DNA of 64,000 bases from Candidatus Magasanikiibacteriota bacterium (GCA_018651085.1 JABIEQ010000011.1:3563-67562); one strand, 5' to 3'. Numbered from the stretch's first letter, positions 27,840 to 38,604 are shown. Made by a program: numbers and translations. The notes: a model not told the origin generated them from the sequence alone.

Positions 27840-28265
27840 TTATGCTTTTAATTCTGCTAATTTCTCATCTCGTACTTTAAGATACTCATCATAATCTTCG
27901 ATGTAGTCGCTTCTATTTGGATTATAATTTGTTGAAGACAATGCCAAAAGCACTGATCCTTCTGAAAAATCTTTAAAGTGATGCCATACATAGTTTGCCA
28001 CATACAGACCACTTGTTGGCCCTTCCATCTTGAATTCTTCTAATCCATTCCCTTGATCAATCACTGCGGTACAGGTTCCATTTATAAGAATGAAAAATTC
28101 TTTTTCTTGTAAATGACAGTGAGATCCAGTGTCTGAATTAGGCTGAGTTATAAAATAGACTCGCTTTACGTCAAAATCAATGTACTCTTTAAGCTCAACC
28201 GGACTCATGATAAATTTTTCGGTAGGAATTTTTTTAATTTCTACCATTTCAAATGGAGGTTTCAT
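27840..28265 (-). CDS. FdtA/QdtA-family sugar 3,4-ketoisomerase (cupin)
   Basis: FDVKRVYFI, GSHCH, VWHH, LLALSS..Y, DYIEDYDEY. Confidence 0.85.
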   Translation of the reverse strand: MKPPFEMVEIKKIPTEKFIMSPVELKEYIDFDVKRVYFITQPNSDTGSHCHLQEKEFFILINGTCTAVIDQGNGLEEFKMEGPTSGLYVANYVWHHFKDFSEGSVLLALSSTNYNPNRSDYIEDYDEYLKVRDEKLAELKA

Positions 28266-28277
28266 ATAAAAAGTATA

Positions 28278-29336
28278 TTATGTTGTGGCTGAAGCCATTT
28301 CTTCTTTTGATCGATCAAGTTCTTCTTGAAATACGTTCATTTCACTTTTTTTCTTTTCCCATAACATTTCTACCCAGTCAGTGTTTTCTTTGTACCAGGT
28401 AATGGTTTCCTCTAACCCCTCTTTAAACTTTTCTCTTGTGTATTCTGGTTTCCATCCTAGTGCTTCTATCTTTGACGCATCAACAGCGTAGCGTCTATCG
28501 TGCCCAGGCCTGTCTGTTACAAATTCAATTTTATCTTCACCAAATCCCATGATATCTAGCATCATTTTTGTTATTTCCAGGTTGTTTCTTTCATTGTCTG
28601 CCCCAATATTATATACGTCTCCAGGAACTCCTTTATGAAGTAATAAATCTAACGCTCTGGCATGATCTTTTACATGAATCCAATCACGTACATTTAGTCC
28701 GTCTCCGTAGAGTGACACGTTTTCTCCTTTAAGGAGACGAAACACAAAAAATGGAATCACTTTTTCTGGAAATTGGTATGGCCCATAATTATTTGAACAA
28801 TGCGTTACAATCACCGGCGTTTTATGTGTGACAAAATACGCATTACACATAAGGTCCCCTCCAGCTTTTGCAGCAGCGTAGGGCATGTTTGGCATGACTG
28901 GTGTGTTTTCTGTAAAAAGATCATCACTATCTAGAGGTAACGATCCATATACTTCGTCAGTTGAAACGTTTACAAATTTGGTGATGTTATTTGTTTTTAC
29001 GGCGTCAAGAATCATTTGTGTTCCAAGCACGTTTGTAAGGACAAAGTCTTTACACCCACCATGGATTGATCTATCTACATGAGTTTCTGCAGCAAAATTA
29101 ATCACGTGTGTGATGTTATGTTTTTGCATTGTTTCATTTAATCTATCAAGATCAATAATATCCCCTTGTACAAATGTATACCGAGGATCGTTTTCTATGT
29201 GTGTATGATTTTCAACGTTCCCTGCGTAGGTAAGTTTGTCGTAATTGACGACGTTATATTCTTTATGTGTTTCAAGAATATGATGGATAAAATTTGATCC
29301 AATAAATCCGGCTCCCCCAGTCACTAAAATGTTCAT
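28278..29336 (-). CDS. rmlB: dTDP-glucose 4,6-dehydratase
   Basis: GGAGFIGS, DKLTYAG, AAETHVDRSI, STDEVYG, DRPGHDRRY. Confidence 0.96.
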   Translation of the reverse strand: MNILVTGGAGFIGSNFIHHILETHKEYNVVNYDKLTYAGNVENHTHIENDPRYTFVQGDIIDLDRLNETMQKHNITHVINFAAETHVDRSIHGGCKDFVLTNVLGTQMILDAVKTNNITKFVNVSTDEVYGSLPLDSDDLFTENTPVMPNMPYAAAKAGGDLMCNAYFVTHKTPVIVTHCSNNYGPYQFPEKVIPFFVFRLLKGENVSLYGDGLNVRDWIHVKDHARALDLLLHKGVPGDVYNIGADNERNNLEITKMMLDIMGFGEDKIEFVTDRPGHDRRYAVDASKIEALGWKPEYTREKFKEGLEETITWYKENTDWVEMLWEKKKSEMNVFQEELDRSKEEMASATT

Positions 29337-29344
29337 AATGCTAC

Positions 29345-29737
29345 TTATTCTTCGTAAATAATAAATTCCTTATCGTCCTTTGATCGTAAAGGCTTGTCTG
29401 AAATCATAATAAGGACACTTTCTTTCACTCGTATATTTTTAAAACTAAAGGCAACGTACGGTGGAAGATGAATAATTCCATCCCCTGGTCCTACAACCAT
29501 TTCCTTTTCTTCTTCTGTTATCGCTTGCACAAACTTTGTTTTGATTTTTCCTTTTTCTACAAAAAAAACCACATCTGTTGAACGGTAATAAAGGTTTCCT
29601 ATAATTGCCTTATCCTTTAGTGTTAGTCGTGAAATATAAACATCCCCTACTTTTACCCAGTCAAGAAGTCGGCCTTTTCTTCTTCGATCTTGTTTAAACT
29701 GATATTCGGTAATAAATTGCTTTGCGTTTCTTGTCAT
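29345..29737 (-). CDS. WxcM-like cupin protein (degenerate)
   Basis: Paralogous to next gene; cupin beta pattern; DRRRKGRL start motif. Confidence 0.6.
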   Translation of the reverse strand: MTRNAKQFITEYQFKQDRRRKGRLLDWVKVGDVYISRLTLKDKAIIGNLYYRSTDVVFFVEKGKIKTKFVQAITEEEKEMVVGPGDGIIHLPPYVAFSFKNIRVKESVLIMISDKPLRSKDDKEFIIYEE

Positions 29738-29746
29738 ATTGTTATA

Positions 29747-30145
29747 TTACAATACTCTATACGCTATATTATCTTTACTTCTCAATGGTTTATTACTAAA
29801 AAATACCACGACAGCTTTTTCTGTTCCAATATTTTTTGTAGCATGCGCAATATGTGTCGGAATATGTACGGCCTCGGTTCCTTTTTCAAAATAACATACC
29901 CGCTTCTTTTTGGTTTCAATATGCTCGAAGGCTGCCTGAATTCTCCCACTTTCTACATAAAACATGACTCTTGTATCTGTATGATAGACATTTCCTGTTA
30001 TAACCTTTGGCTCTATGGTTAATCGTGAAACATATACTCCCCCAATCTTTACACTTGAGAGTATTCGCCCCTTTTTACTTTCATCATCCTTAAAGCTAAA
30101 CAAACTAATGAAAGGTGATTGAGTTTTCCCTTCTTTATCCGCCAT
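29747..30145 (-). CDS. WxcM-like cupin protein
   Basis: GNVYH...VHIPTHIAHATKN cupin motif. Confidence 0.65.
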   Translation of the reverse strand: MADKEGKTQSPFISLFSFKDDESKKGRILSSVKIGGVYVSRLTIEPKVITGNVYHTDTRVMFYVESGRIQAAFEHIETKKKRVCYFEKGTEAVHIPTHIAHATKNIGTEKAVVVFFSNKPLRSKDNIAYRVL

Positions 30146-30246
30146 AGATATATAGACACCATGAAAGATCCCTTACAATGACAGGTTGGGTTTGATGTAT
30201 ATATAGTGTAACACTCTCTTCTCTCTTCTACAAGAAGCCTTTTTCC

Positions 30247-31248
30247 TTAGAACTCTCCTCTATGCCATGCGTATAATTCTTGAAATATACCCCGTAGATG
30301 CTCTTTTTTTTCTTCATCTACATTCTTATTAGGAATGTCTACTAATAATGACCCCAGAACTCTTTCTCCCATAAGCAAATGGAATCTTTTTTCAAACAAT
30401 GGATCTTTTGTACAACTTGTTTTTGTCTTATAGCTTTCTATCCAGGTTTGAAGATATGCTATCACTTGCTCTTTTTTTATTGACGTGTCGTCAATTGCAT
30501 TTATACCAGCCCACAGATGGAATGTCGTATCGTACCATTTAGGTCTATATCCCCAAAAAAGGTTAGACATTAATATATAGCTGTCTTTATCTTTAAAAAT
30601 ATCTTTATTTGTCAGATGTGCATGCATGAATACTGTTGACTCTTCTTTTATTTCCTTTTGATAGGTATCTAAAAAATCTGTGACCTCTTTTTGATATGCA
30701 TTATGTTCCTTTGACATCGCTATTTTTTGCCAGTGTACTATTCTTTTTTTCGTAAATTGATATGCTGAGGCTTCTTCTTTTTCTTTTTTAATAAATGGTT
30801 CACGAAGACATTTTGTTTGGTATTCTTCAAAAAAAGTACAAAAGTCATTCATCTCTTCTTTTGAAGAAAAAGGGGCTGTGTATATATTAGGAGCATCAAT
30901 ATACTCTGACAATAAAAATCCGTATCCTTTTTCTTTATCAAAATGTTCTTTTTGATAACACATGGGCACTCTAACATGCGTACTTTTATTTTGTGCATTA
31001 AATCTTTCTAGTATATCGGCTTCATCTATCTCAAGTTCTAAGCCTTGTATCTTTAACACGGCGGCTTTCCCTTGCCAGGTTCCTTTATAAATAAGGCTCC
31101 CAACTTTATCTGTATCATAAATATACCCTCGAAAGATTTCTTCTTGTGGGATGAATCCTGTTTTGTTACAAATTTCTTCTTTTAGTGCTTGGTCTTCTTT
31201 ACAAAGTCCTTTGTGGCTAAAATATTTTTCACTAATCTTATTTCCCAT
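30247..31248 (-). CDS. APH/choline-kinase-like fold protein with altered catalytic motifs
   Basis: AVLK, E in helix C region, LLSEYI hinge, HAHLTNKDI, ...WYD. Confidence 0.6.
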   Translation of the reverse strand: MGNKISEKYFSHKGLCKEDQALKEEICNKTGFIPQEEIFRGYIYDTDKVGSLIYKGTWQGKAAVLKIQGLELEIDEADILERFNAQNKSTHVRVPMCYQKEHFDKEKGYGFLLSEYIDAPNIYTAPFSSKEEMNDFCTFFEEYQTKCLREPFIKKEKEEASAYQFTKKRIVHWQKIAMSKEHNAYQKEVTDFLDTYQKEIKEESTVFMHAHLTNKDIFKDKDSYILMSNLFWGYRPKWYDTTFHLWAGINAIDDTSIKKEQVIAYLQTWIESYKTKTSCTKDPLFEKRFHLLMGERVLGSLLVDIPNKNVDEEKKEHLRGIFQELYAWHRGEF

Positions 31249-31254
31249 ATATCT

Positions 31255-31710
31255 CTACCTTTTTTTTCTTTTATCCATTATAGCCTTTACGTCTTTTATA
31301 TACTTTTTCATAGGAACCCTCGCAATTTCTTTCCCAATGACTTTGAGTGGAATATCTTCTACTTTCTTAAAACGAACACACCCTCTTCCCATGTTTAATT
31401 TTTTTCCTTCTTTTTCAAATGCTTTTTTAAATAATTCCCTTCTTTTTTCTGTTGCATATATGCACATGACATAAAGGGACATATGATTTTTCTGTGACGC
31501 TAATGCTGCATACATCAACGGTTTTTTATTATATGTATCTGGGTATTCTTTTAGTGGTACTTCATAGCTGATCATCCCCCAGTTCATTACTTCCTTATAT
31601 CCTTTTGGAAGGTTCTTTTTAATAACCGCACGAACTTTTTTTATTTGTTTTCGTCGGTCTTCTGGAAGTTCTTCAAGATATTCTTTTATTGTTTTGGCTT
31701 TGCTTTGCAT
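31255..31710 (-). CDS. DUF1801 (YdhG-like) protein
   Basis: EYLEELPEDRR, WGMISY, ASQKNHMSLY, MGRGCVRFK. Confidence 0.85.
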   Translation of the reverse strand: MQSKAKTIKEYLEELPEDRRKQIKKVRAVIKKNLPKGYKEVMNWGMISYEVPLKEYPDTYNKKPLMYAALASQKNHMSLYVMCIYATEKRRELFKKAFEKEGKKLNMGRGCVRFKKVEDIPLKVIGKEIARVPMKKYIKDVKAIMDKRKKR

Positions 31711-31712
31711 AC

Positions 31713-32312
31713 TTATCCAATAAATTGATCAATAACTCCTTTTAGTCCAGGCGCTTCTTGTTCTGTTACTTCTTTAAAAAAATGGTGACGTGCAAGCATC
31801 CAAGACGCGATAGTCATCCCACACCAGATGTCGTGCTGTTGGATCATTCGATCAATGTCTCCTGGGGTTCTATATAGAATCTCCATATCTTCTTCTGTCT
31901 TATCTCTAGAAGGAGGCTCTCTTTGCTCGGTCACTTGTACAATATATACGCTTGTCTTATTTTTCATTATTCCTCTTGATGGTTCAAACACTCCAATTTG
32001 TTTAAAGTCTTCAGTCAAACATCCTGTTTCTTCAAACAGTTCATTTTTTGCAGCTTCTATTGGTGCTTGTCCTTCTTTTACGCCACCTCCAGGAAATTCA
32101 ATACTTTGTTTATCCATTAAATATCTGTGCTGCAATACTAATACAATTCTTCCGTCTGGTAGGACTGGGATAATAATCGCTGTTCCTGGTAGTTCTGAAT
32201 AAAAATAATCTCCTGTTTCTCCATCTTTAAATTCAAAGACATCATGCTTTGCTTTCCACCAAGGATTTTCGTGAATCGTTTCTTCACTTATTTTTTTCAG
32301 TCGTTGTGGCAT
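31713..32312 (-). CDS. NUDIX hydrolase (ADP-ribose pyrophosphatase-like)
   Basis: Nudix box EFPGGG...AAKNELFEETG. Confidence 0.88.
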   Translation of the reverse strand: MPQRLKKISEETIHENPWWKAKHDVFEFKDGETGDYFYSELPGTAIIIPVLPDGRIVLVLQHRYLMDKQSIEFPGGGVKEGQAPIEAAKNELFEETGCLTEDFKQIGVFEPSRGIMKNKTSVYIVQVTEQREPPSRDKTEEDMEILYRTPGDIDRMIQQHDIWCGMTIASWMLARHHFFKEVTEQEAPGLKGVIDQFIG

Positions 32313-32315
32313 ATA

Positions 32316-32720
32316 TTAGATAAATTTTTTAGCCAGTTCTTCAACTGGTGTGTCGCTGTCTTTTTTAATAATACCGTGAAGTCCTTTTCCTCCATCTCCA
32401 TTAAACCTTGGAATAATGTGTACATGTACATGTGGCACACTTTGCCCGGCTACTTCGTGATGGTTCCATCCGATGTTAAAGCCATCTGGATTAAGTGCGT
32501 CTTGTATTTTTTTTGTTGTGTTTTTTACACCAACCATGAGCTTTTCTAATACGTGATCTTCAAGATCACATATGGTTTCCCCATGCACCTTTGGGATAAC
32601 AACGGTATGCCCTTTTGTCATTGGGAAAATATCAAGAAATGCGAGCACATGCTCGTCTTCATATACCGTATAATTTGGTATCTCTTTTTTTAAAATTTTA
32701 CAGAAAATACACGCATCCAT
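32316..32720 (-). CDS. HIT family nucleotide hydrolase
   Basis: CIFC, GHTVVIPK, HVHVHIIPR. Confidence 0.93.
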   Translation of the reverse strand: MDACIFCKILKKEIPNYTVYEDEHVLAFLDIFPMTKGHTVVIPKVHGETICDLEDHVLEKLMVGVKNTTKKIQDALNPDGFNIGWNHHEVAGQSVPHVHVHIIPRFNGDGGKGLHGIIKKDSDTPVEELAKKFI

Positions 32721-32740
32721 ATATATCTTTTTTATATGAG

Positions 32741-34423
32741 TTATTCGTTAATACTATGCAGGATAAATGGACGAAGTTCAAGATTATTTTCTAATGTCAA
32801 AATTGCTTCTTGGAGACGGTACCCTTTTTCTTCTCCATCCTTTTTCAACAAAGCCTCATGTTCTTTTGAAAGTGTTAGATCATACAGATACACTGGCACC
32901 CCTTTTTCTAAAAGAATAGGAATAGCTTTTCTTTGAATATCAAGAGTAAACCCTTTTATAACTTTTCTTTTAGGATATATATATTTATCTCCATATCTTG
33001 TAACAATCACGGCATTGTCTTCAGTGTGAGTAACAATATCTTTTTGATACTCGTAATACGAAGACACGGATTGCTTTACACCTAAAAGCCCATCAAAAGA
33101 CGAAAACACGAGCATGTAGCTTGTATACACGAGAGATAAAAGAAGAATACTAGCAAGAACCTTTCCTAAACGAATTCTTTTCCATATGAAATACAGTACT
33201 GAGGCTACGAGTGGAAGAGATAATATATAGAGCGGTAAGGTGTAGCGCACGTATGAGGTTCCAATTGAAGGAACTTCTGCAAGATTATCTGTAAAACCCC
33301 AAGAGCCATAGACAATCATAAGATATAGACTGACACCCAAAAGCATAAGCACATATCTTTTTTCTTTTGTATATGTTGCAATTGCTAGACTCTTCCATCG
33401 AATAAGAAAACATCCTAAAAATATAGCGGGTACCCAGAACCACATAGTAAATACTTTTGGTCCGTATTCAATAATGTGTTTTACAATTGCTCGCGCATTA
33501 AACCCAAATGGAAGCACAATACTTTTGATAATAGAATCATTTCCAAATAACCCTTCGGTGATTTGCCCGGCACTTCCAATCGAGGTAGGCGGTGCATACC
33601 CTGTCCCAAAAACATGGCCATAATAACTTAATTGCCCAAAGAAAAATAATAAGGCAATAAGAATAATACCAAGGATGCCACCTCGAATAACGTGCTTTGT
33701 GACATCTTTTTTATGTATGAGAAGAAACCCAAGGGCTATAGCACTTACCCACAATACTTCTGAGGGTCTTACAAAAAGAGCTAAACTTATACCAAGACCT
33801 GCTAATAAACCCCAGGTTATTTGTTTAGTTTCTTTTACGGCTTCTTTCATCTTTAGCGCTGCGTATGATCCAATGAGAAGAAGAGTCACAAATAAGATAG
33901 TGTGCTGAAGCGGTCTACTTGCGTAATACCACCAGCCTGGAAGGATATATACGAGTATGGCACTCATGATTCCAATGTGTTCTCCCCAAATTCTTCTTAT
34001 CACTCCATATAAAAACCATGGTGCAATAACGGCACAAAGTGGCGTCAGCGTGAGCAGAATAATATTAAAAAACTCTAGACCACTTATTGCGGTAAGTCCT
34101 TTTACAATGGCTCCAAATAATATGATGACACCAGGAAATCCTATAGGGGTGAGCGCTCCATTCACCACTGTAGTACTTCTTGGATGAACTTGATTCTCTG
34201 TAAGGTCTAATAATGGTTCTTGAATTTGTCTATTCCCTTCTAGGACGTATTCTCTTATGAATGCGTAATTAATACTTTCGTCTGGTTGATTAAATATGAG
34301 GTACGGCAACGCTTTATCCCCTACAAGTGGCACGCCGCCAATGTATAAAAATAAATATGTTACGAAAAAAATACTACTCATGGCGAGTAACATGATTTTT
34401 GTTTTCCCTTTTGGTGTACTCAT
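32741..34423 (-). CDS. GT-C superfamily multi-pass glycosyltransferase
   Basis: PDE acidic motif after TM1, many TMs, VRP motif, RY motif. Confidence 0.65.
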   Translation of the reverse strand: MSTPKGKTKIMLLAMSSIFFVTYLFLYIGGVPLVGDKALPYLIFNQPDESINYAFIREYVLEGNRQIQEPLLDLTENQVHPRSTTVVNGALTPIGFPGVIILFGAIVKGLTAISGLEFFNIILLTLTPLCAVIAPWFLYGVIRRIWGEHIGIMSAILVYILPGWWYYASRPLQHTILFVTLLLIGSYAALKMKEAVKETKQITWGLLAGLGISLALFVRPSEVLWVSAIALGFLLIHKKDVTKHVIRGGILGIILIALLFFFGQLSYYGHVFGTGYAPPTSIGSAGQITEGLFGNDSIIKSIVLPFGFNARAIVKHIIEYGPKVFTMWFWVPAIFLGCFLIRWKSLAIATYTKEKRYVLMLLGVSLYLMIVYGSWGFTDNLAEVPSIGTSYVRYTLPLYILSLPLVASVLYFIWKRIRLGKVLASILLLSLVYTSYMLVFSSFDGLLGVKQSVSSYYEYQKDIVTHTEDNAVIVTRYGDKYIYPKRKVIKGFTLDIQRKAIPILLEKGVPVYLYDLTLSKEHEALLKKDGEEKGYRLQEAILTLENNLELRPFILHSINE

Positions 34424-35190
34424 ACCTTATCCGTCTTTACTAACATAAGTGCGTAATCACTTAATAATTTAGCACTTAGTTTTGGTGCTACTTTATATAG
34501 TACAACACCAATACTATTGAATACTTTTGAAAATAACCCTTTTTCTGTTTTTAGTAGATATGGGTATACATTTGTTAATCCTTCTTTTATCACTATTCCT
34601 TTATCCCCTTCTACTTCTTTTTTCAAGCTCTGTTGATTATATACATTGATGTGCCCGACATATTCAATAAGTCGTTTTCTAAAGTTTCCTTTTGTAAGGC
34701 GATCCATGAGCTTATAATATACGGTATCTTCAAGTGGTACTTTATATAATGCGCACGTTGCGATTCTTTCTATTTCTTTTATAACTTTATCTGGTTCTTG
34801 GACATGTTCTAATACATCGATCATTAATACGAGATCAATTTCTTTATCAGAAAAAGGTGTCTCTCTAATATCTCCAGCAATAGCTTTTATAATATCTTGA
34901 TTATTTTTGGTTTGAATTTCAACCATACCTGGAGAAAGATCCAAGCAATACTTTATTACTTTTTTGTCATGGGTCTCTTGAAGATACTTCGCAATATTTT
35001 TTAAAATGATTCCTGCGCCACCTCCAACATCAAGAATACACACCTCTTTTTTGGGTGTTCTTTTTATAAACGCATCGATAAATGGCTTCATTTTTTCTAT
35101 TTTCCAGGCTGAATCCTCCTCATGGAGGGTTGGATGTCCTTTAATATATTCATCAGTTGTATAGAAGGCCTCAATGCTTTCACTACTCAT
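34420..35190 (-). CDS. Class I SAM-dependent methyltransferase
   Basis: ILDVGGGAG, DLS, DVLEHV. Confidence 0.88.
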   Translation of the reverse strand: MSSESIEAFYTTDEYIKGHPTLHEEDSAWKIEKMKPFIDAFIKRTPKKEVCILDVGGGAGIILKNIAKYLQETHDKKVIKYCLDLSPGMVEIQTKNNQDIIKAIAGDIRETPFSDKEIDLVLMIDVLEHVQEPDKVIKEIERIATCALYKVPLEDTVYYKLMDRLTKGNFRKRLIEYVGHINVYNQQSLKKEVEGDKGIVIKEGLTNVYPYLLKTEKGLFSKVFNSIGVVLYKVAPKLSAKLLSDYALMLVKTDKV

Positions 35191-35252
35191 ATGGGTTTAC
35201 AGGTTCTCTTTTTATGCTATGATTGTGCTATGTAGAGCTTTATTTTCTATTT

Positions 35253-37430
35253 ATGCTCCAGCTCAAATATATCACACTCCCCCTTGTCTGCCTAGCCATG
35301 ATTGCTATTGGTTTATTTAGCCAAGATCACCTATTTACGAACACCCTAGGAACCCTAGGGCTTATTGGATTTATAGGAAGTTGTGGTGTGGTTATTGCTT
35401 CCACAAAAATGTTCTTTTCTTTCCCATTACGATACGTATGGTCAGTGTTAAGTGCCACCCTATTTACGATTATAACTCACGCTGTCTTATACTTCTTTTT
35501 TGTGAGTACCCCCCTTACGATTTTTCTTACCTTTATCTTTACTGGTATTGTCTCCCTTTGCTTTTTCTTCTTTTCTTCTCATGAAGTTCCCCCTCGCTTT
35601 ACGGTACGTCGAATGTTTCGTCGTATGCTCCCGTACTTTGTTAAGCCTGCTGGCATCTCATTATCTTCTTCCCTTCTTCTTGGAACGATTATATTCTTTC
35701 AGGCGCTTCTTTTTATCCGTATTATTACAAGAGTCACAACTGGTGTCTTGCAATCCCCCTGGCTAATCTTTGGGCCAAAGTTTTTTATTCTCTTTGCTAT
35801 TACCACTGCCTTATTATTGTTTTATCACCTTAGCGTAAAGCGAACGAAAGTTGGGTTTATTTCTCTTATCTTTCATTTCTTTTTAACGTTTAGTTTAGCC
35901 GCTATTATTTATAAGCTTGGGTATGGGTATGACCCCTTCCTTCATAGAGCGACTGAATCCTATATTTTTCAATTTGGGTTTGCTGAACCAAAGACACCTT
36001 TTTATATTGGGCAATTTGTAAGTGTAAACATATTAGCGCACATCACAGGTCTTTCAGTAAAGCTTATTGATATCTGGTTGGTACCAGTACTTGCAAGTAC
36101 TCTTCTTCCTTTATGTACCTATACAACCCTACGCTATGGGTTTCGTACCTATGAGAGATACGCTAGGGCAGGAACACTATTACTCCTCCTATACCCCTTA
36201 CAAACCATGATCGCAACGACTCCACATAACCTGGCGAACTTTTTCACCCTTTCTACGATTCTTATAAGTCCGCTTGTTTTTAAGCGAACACATTTCTTAT
36301 TCATAGTAGGTTTGGTCGCATCAGCTGCGGTTGTTACCCATCCACTTACAGGAATCTTTGCATTCTGGTTTTTCTTGGGTCTTTGCCTTTTACTGTTTTT
36401 TAGAAAACACTCTTTTTCTCGAAGTATTCGTTACGCTAGTTACGCTGTTTATAGTTTCATTGGAGCAATATTAACACCTCTTCTTTTAGGGTCTTTTCTT
36501 TTAAAGCAAGGAGTGGGACTTCAACCCCTTTCTTACATTCGAGATCATCTTTCAAACTTCACTGGACTCTTTACGGCACCGTACTATTTTTTTGATACAC
36601 CCGTACCATTTTTATATGACCTCATCTACACATACAGATGGGCAGTGATTTTACTTCTTATTGGTTTTGCTATTTATGGATACTTTAATATAAAAAAGAA
36701 AACACCGTACACGATCTTTATTGCCTTTCCACTCATCATTGTTCTCAATGCTTTTTTTGCAAGCACGTGGATCACGGTCCCGAACTTACAAGTGTATGAG
36801 CAACTTCAATATGCTGAACGCTTGATGCATGTCAGTATGTTTTTCATCATACCTTTAAGTCTCTTTGGGATGGTTACCCTTATCCGTTTTATTAGACGAC
36901 AGCAAAATATCCTTATCATCAGCACCTGCCTTATAACAGCCATCTTCCTTTCGACCTCATTCTATCTTACCTACCCACAAAAAAATCCCAAGGTAAATTA
37001 CAAGGGATTTAACGTCACAAAAGCGGACAGTTTGGGTGCACAGTATATTCATAAAAAGGCTCAAGATAAGCCTTATATTGTACTTAGTAACATTATGGGA
37101 GCCGCTGCAGCCATTGATCTGTATGGGTTCTTACATTACTACGATGTAAACGGTGATCCACTCTATTATTATAGTATTCCAACTGGTGGAGAACTCTATG
37201 ATGAGTACCTTCACATGTTGTATGAAGGACAAAAGCGTGAGTACATGTATGCGGCAATGGATGTTGCCGGTGTTGATACTGCGTACTTTGTCCTCAATAA
37301 ATATTGGATTGATTTCCCTACTATTTTAGAAGGGGCAATACATTCTTCTGACGAAGCGTTTGCAACAGAAAATGGAAACGTGTGGGTGTTTAGATATTCT
37401 CGGACACCTTCCCAACTTGATACAAATTAA
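35253..37430 (+). CDS. Large polytopic membrane protein (possible GT-C fold)
   Basis: Many TM segments, YDPFLH loop, THP motif; start at ATG 35253. Confidence 0.7.
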   Translation: MLQLKYITLPLVCLAMIAIGLFSQDHLFTNTLGTLGLIGFIGSCGVVIASTKMFFSFPLRYVWSVLSATLFTIITHAVLYFFFVSTPLTIFLTFIFTGIVSLCFFFFSSHEVPPRFTVRRMFRRMLPYFVKPAGISLSSSLLLGTIIFFQALLFIRIITRVTTGVLQSPWLIFGPKFFILFAITTALLLFYHLSVKRTKVGFISLIFHFFLTFSLAAIIYKLGYGYDPFLHRATESYIFQFGFAEPKTPFYIGQFVSVNILAHITGLSVKLIDIWLVPVLASTLLPLCTYTTLRYGFRTYERYARAGTLLLLLYPLQTMIATTPHNLANFFTLSTILISPLVFKRTHFLFIVGLVASAAVVTHPLTGIFAFWFFLGLCLLLFFRKHSFSRSIRYASYAVYSFIGAILTPLLLGSFLLKQGVGLQPLSYIRDHLSNFTGLFTAPYYFFDTPVPFLYDLIYTYRWAVILLLIGFAIYGYFNIKKKTPYTIFIAFPLIIVLNAFFASTWITVPNLQVYEQLQYAERLMHVSMFFIIPLSLFGMVTLIRFIRRQQNILIISTCLITAIFLSTSFYLTYPQKNPKVNYKGFNVTKADSLGAQYIHKKAQDKPYIVLSNIMGAAAAIDLYGFLHYYDVNGDPLYYYSIPTGGELYDEYLHMLYEGQKREYMYAAMDVAGVDTAYFVLNKYWIDFPTILEGAIHSSDEAFATENGNVWVFRYSRTPSQLDTN

Positions 37431-38604
37431 TCATGTCATTAATATATTCTTTTTGATTTAAACGTAAGAGTGATACTCTTGTTTCTTTTGCCATCTCTTT
37501 TATTTCATTCTGATGTTCTACACACCACAATATTTTTTCTTTTAATGAATCAGAGTCTCCTGCATTAAAGGTAATACCATTCACTCCTTCTTCTACAAGC
37601 TCAGCAATTCCTTCGATGTCACTTGCTAGTACCGGGGTACTAAATGCAAGGCTTTCAAAAAAGACTGTCGGTGAATTTTCATAACAAAGAGACGGGATAA
37701 TGGTGACGTCGGTTTGCTTTAAAAGATCTGGAATATTTGCTCGATCAACTTTCCCAGAAAAGACGATTTTATCTTTATTTTTTACTGAACTTTTAATGTG
37801 TTCAAGAAGTGACCCACCGCCAACAACCTGCAATTTCAATTGAACACTGTTTGTATCCAATAGTTCATCGACTGCATGCACAAGAAAATCCACTCCTTTA
37901 TGTTGTTCAATTTGACCAAGATAGAGAAATTGGAAGACTCCACTTCCCTCCCCTTTTTCCACTTCTGCTTCCACTTCAAAAGTAATAGGATTTCTCACCA
38001 TCACTCTTTTTGACTTTGGAAAGAATCCACGTGATTCATAGAAGTTTAGTAAAAATTGAGATGGAGACACAACTACATCTGGTGAACCCATAAGGCGCTT
38101 CATAAGTGCGGTGTAGAGTGCGACATGTGGACCATGATATCTAAGGTTCTTTTCTTTTTGTTTTAAAATAATGCCACTTGGCTCAACTAGCTGTACATCG
38201 TGAACCGTATGAATATGTGGAAGTTTTAACGATCTAATGACTCGTGGTATTACAAATCCCACACCCATAAGATTATGGGTGTGCACGACATCTGGCTTTT
38301 CCTTTTCTAAAATTTCTTTTACGTATTCCCCTGCTCCAGTGTGGGCAATGTCTTGCATATGCCAAAGTAGTCGAGAAAAGATATTGTGCTTATGGGCTTC
38401 CGTATAAAAAAATAGGTTTCGTGGTTGAAACCGATAAATAGTGAGTTTTCCTTCCTTTATACACTCTTTGCCTTTCGGTGAGGTCGTTATAAGGACAACG
38501 TCATGTCCCTTTTCTATGAGCCCTTCTATGGTCTTTTTTACGACCTGCTCAGCTCCTCCCCTGGCATAGGGTGGATAAAGGTTATTGATAAGACAAATTT
38601 TCAT
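37390..38604 (-). CDS. Glycosyltransferase family 4
   Basis: YPP..GGAE, KPDVVHTHN, KGV, ENSPTVFFES. Confidence 0.92.
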   Translation of the reverse strand: MKICLINNLYPPYARGGAEQVVKKTIEGLIEKGHDVVLITTSPKGKECIKEGKLTIYRFQPRNLFFYTEAHKHNIFSRLLWHMQDIAHTGAGEYVKEILEKEKPDVVHTHNLMGVGFVIPRVIRSLKLPHIHTVHDVQLVEPSGIILKQKEKNLRYHGPHVALYTALMKRLMGSPDVVVSPSQFLLNFYESRGFFPKSKRVMVRNPITFEVEAEVEKGEGSGVFQFLYLGQIEQHKGVDFLVHAVDELLDTNSVQLKLQVVGGGSLLEHIKSSVKNKDKIVFSGKVDRANIPDLLKQTDVTIIPSLCYENSPTVFFESLAFSTPVLASDIEGIAELVEEGVNGITFNAGDSDSLKEKILWCVEHQNEIKEMAKETRVSLLRLNQKEYINDMINLYQVGKVSENI

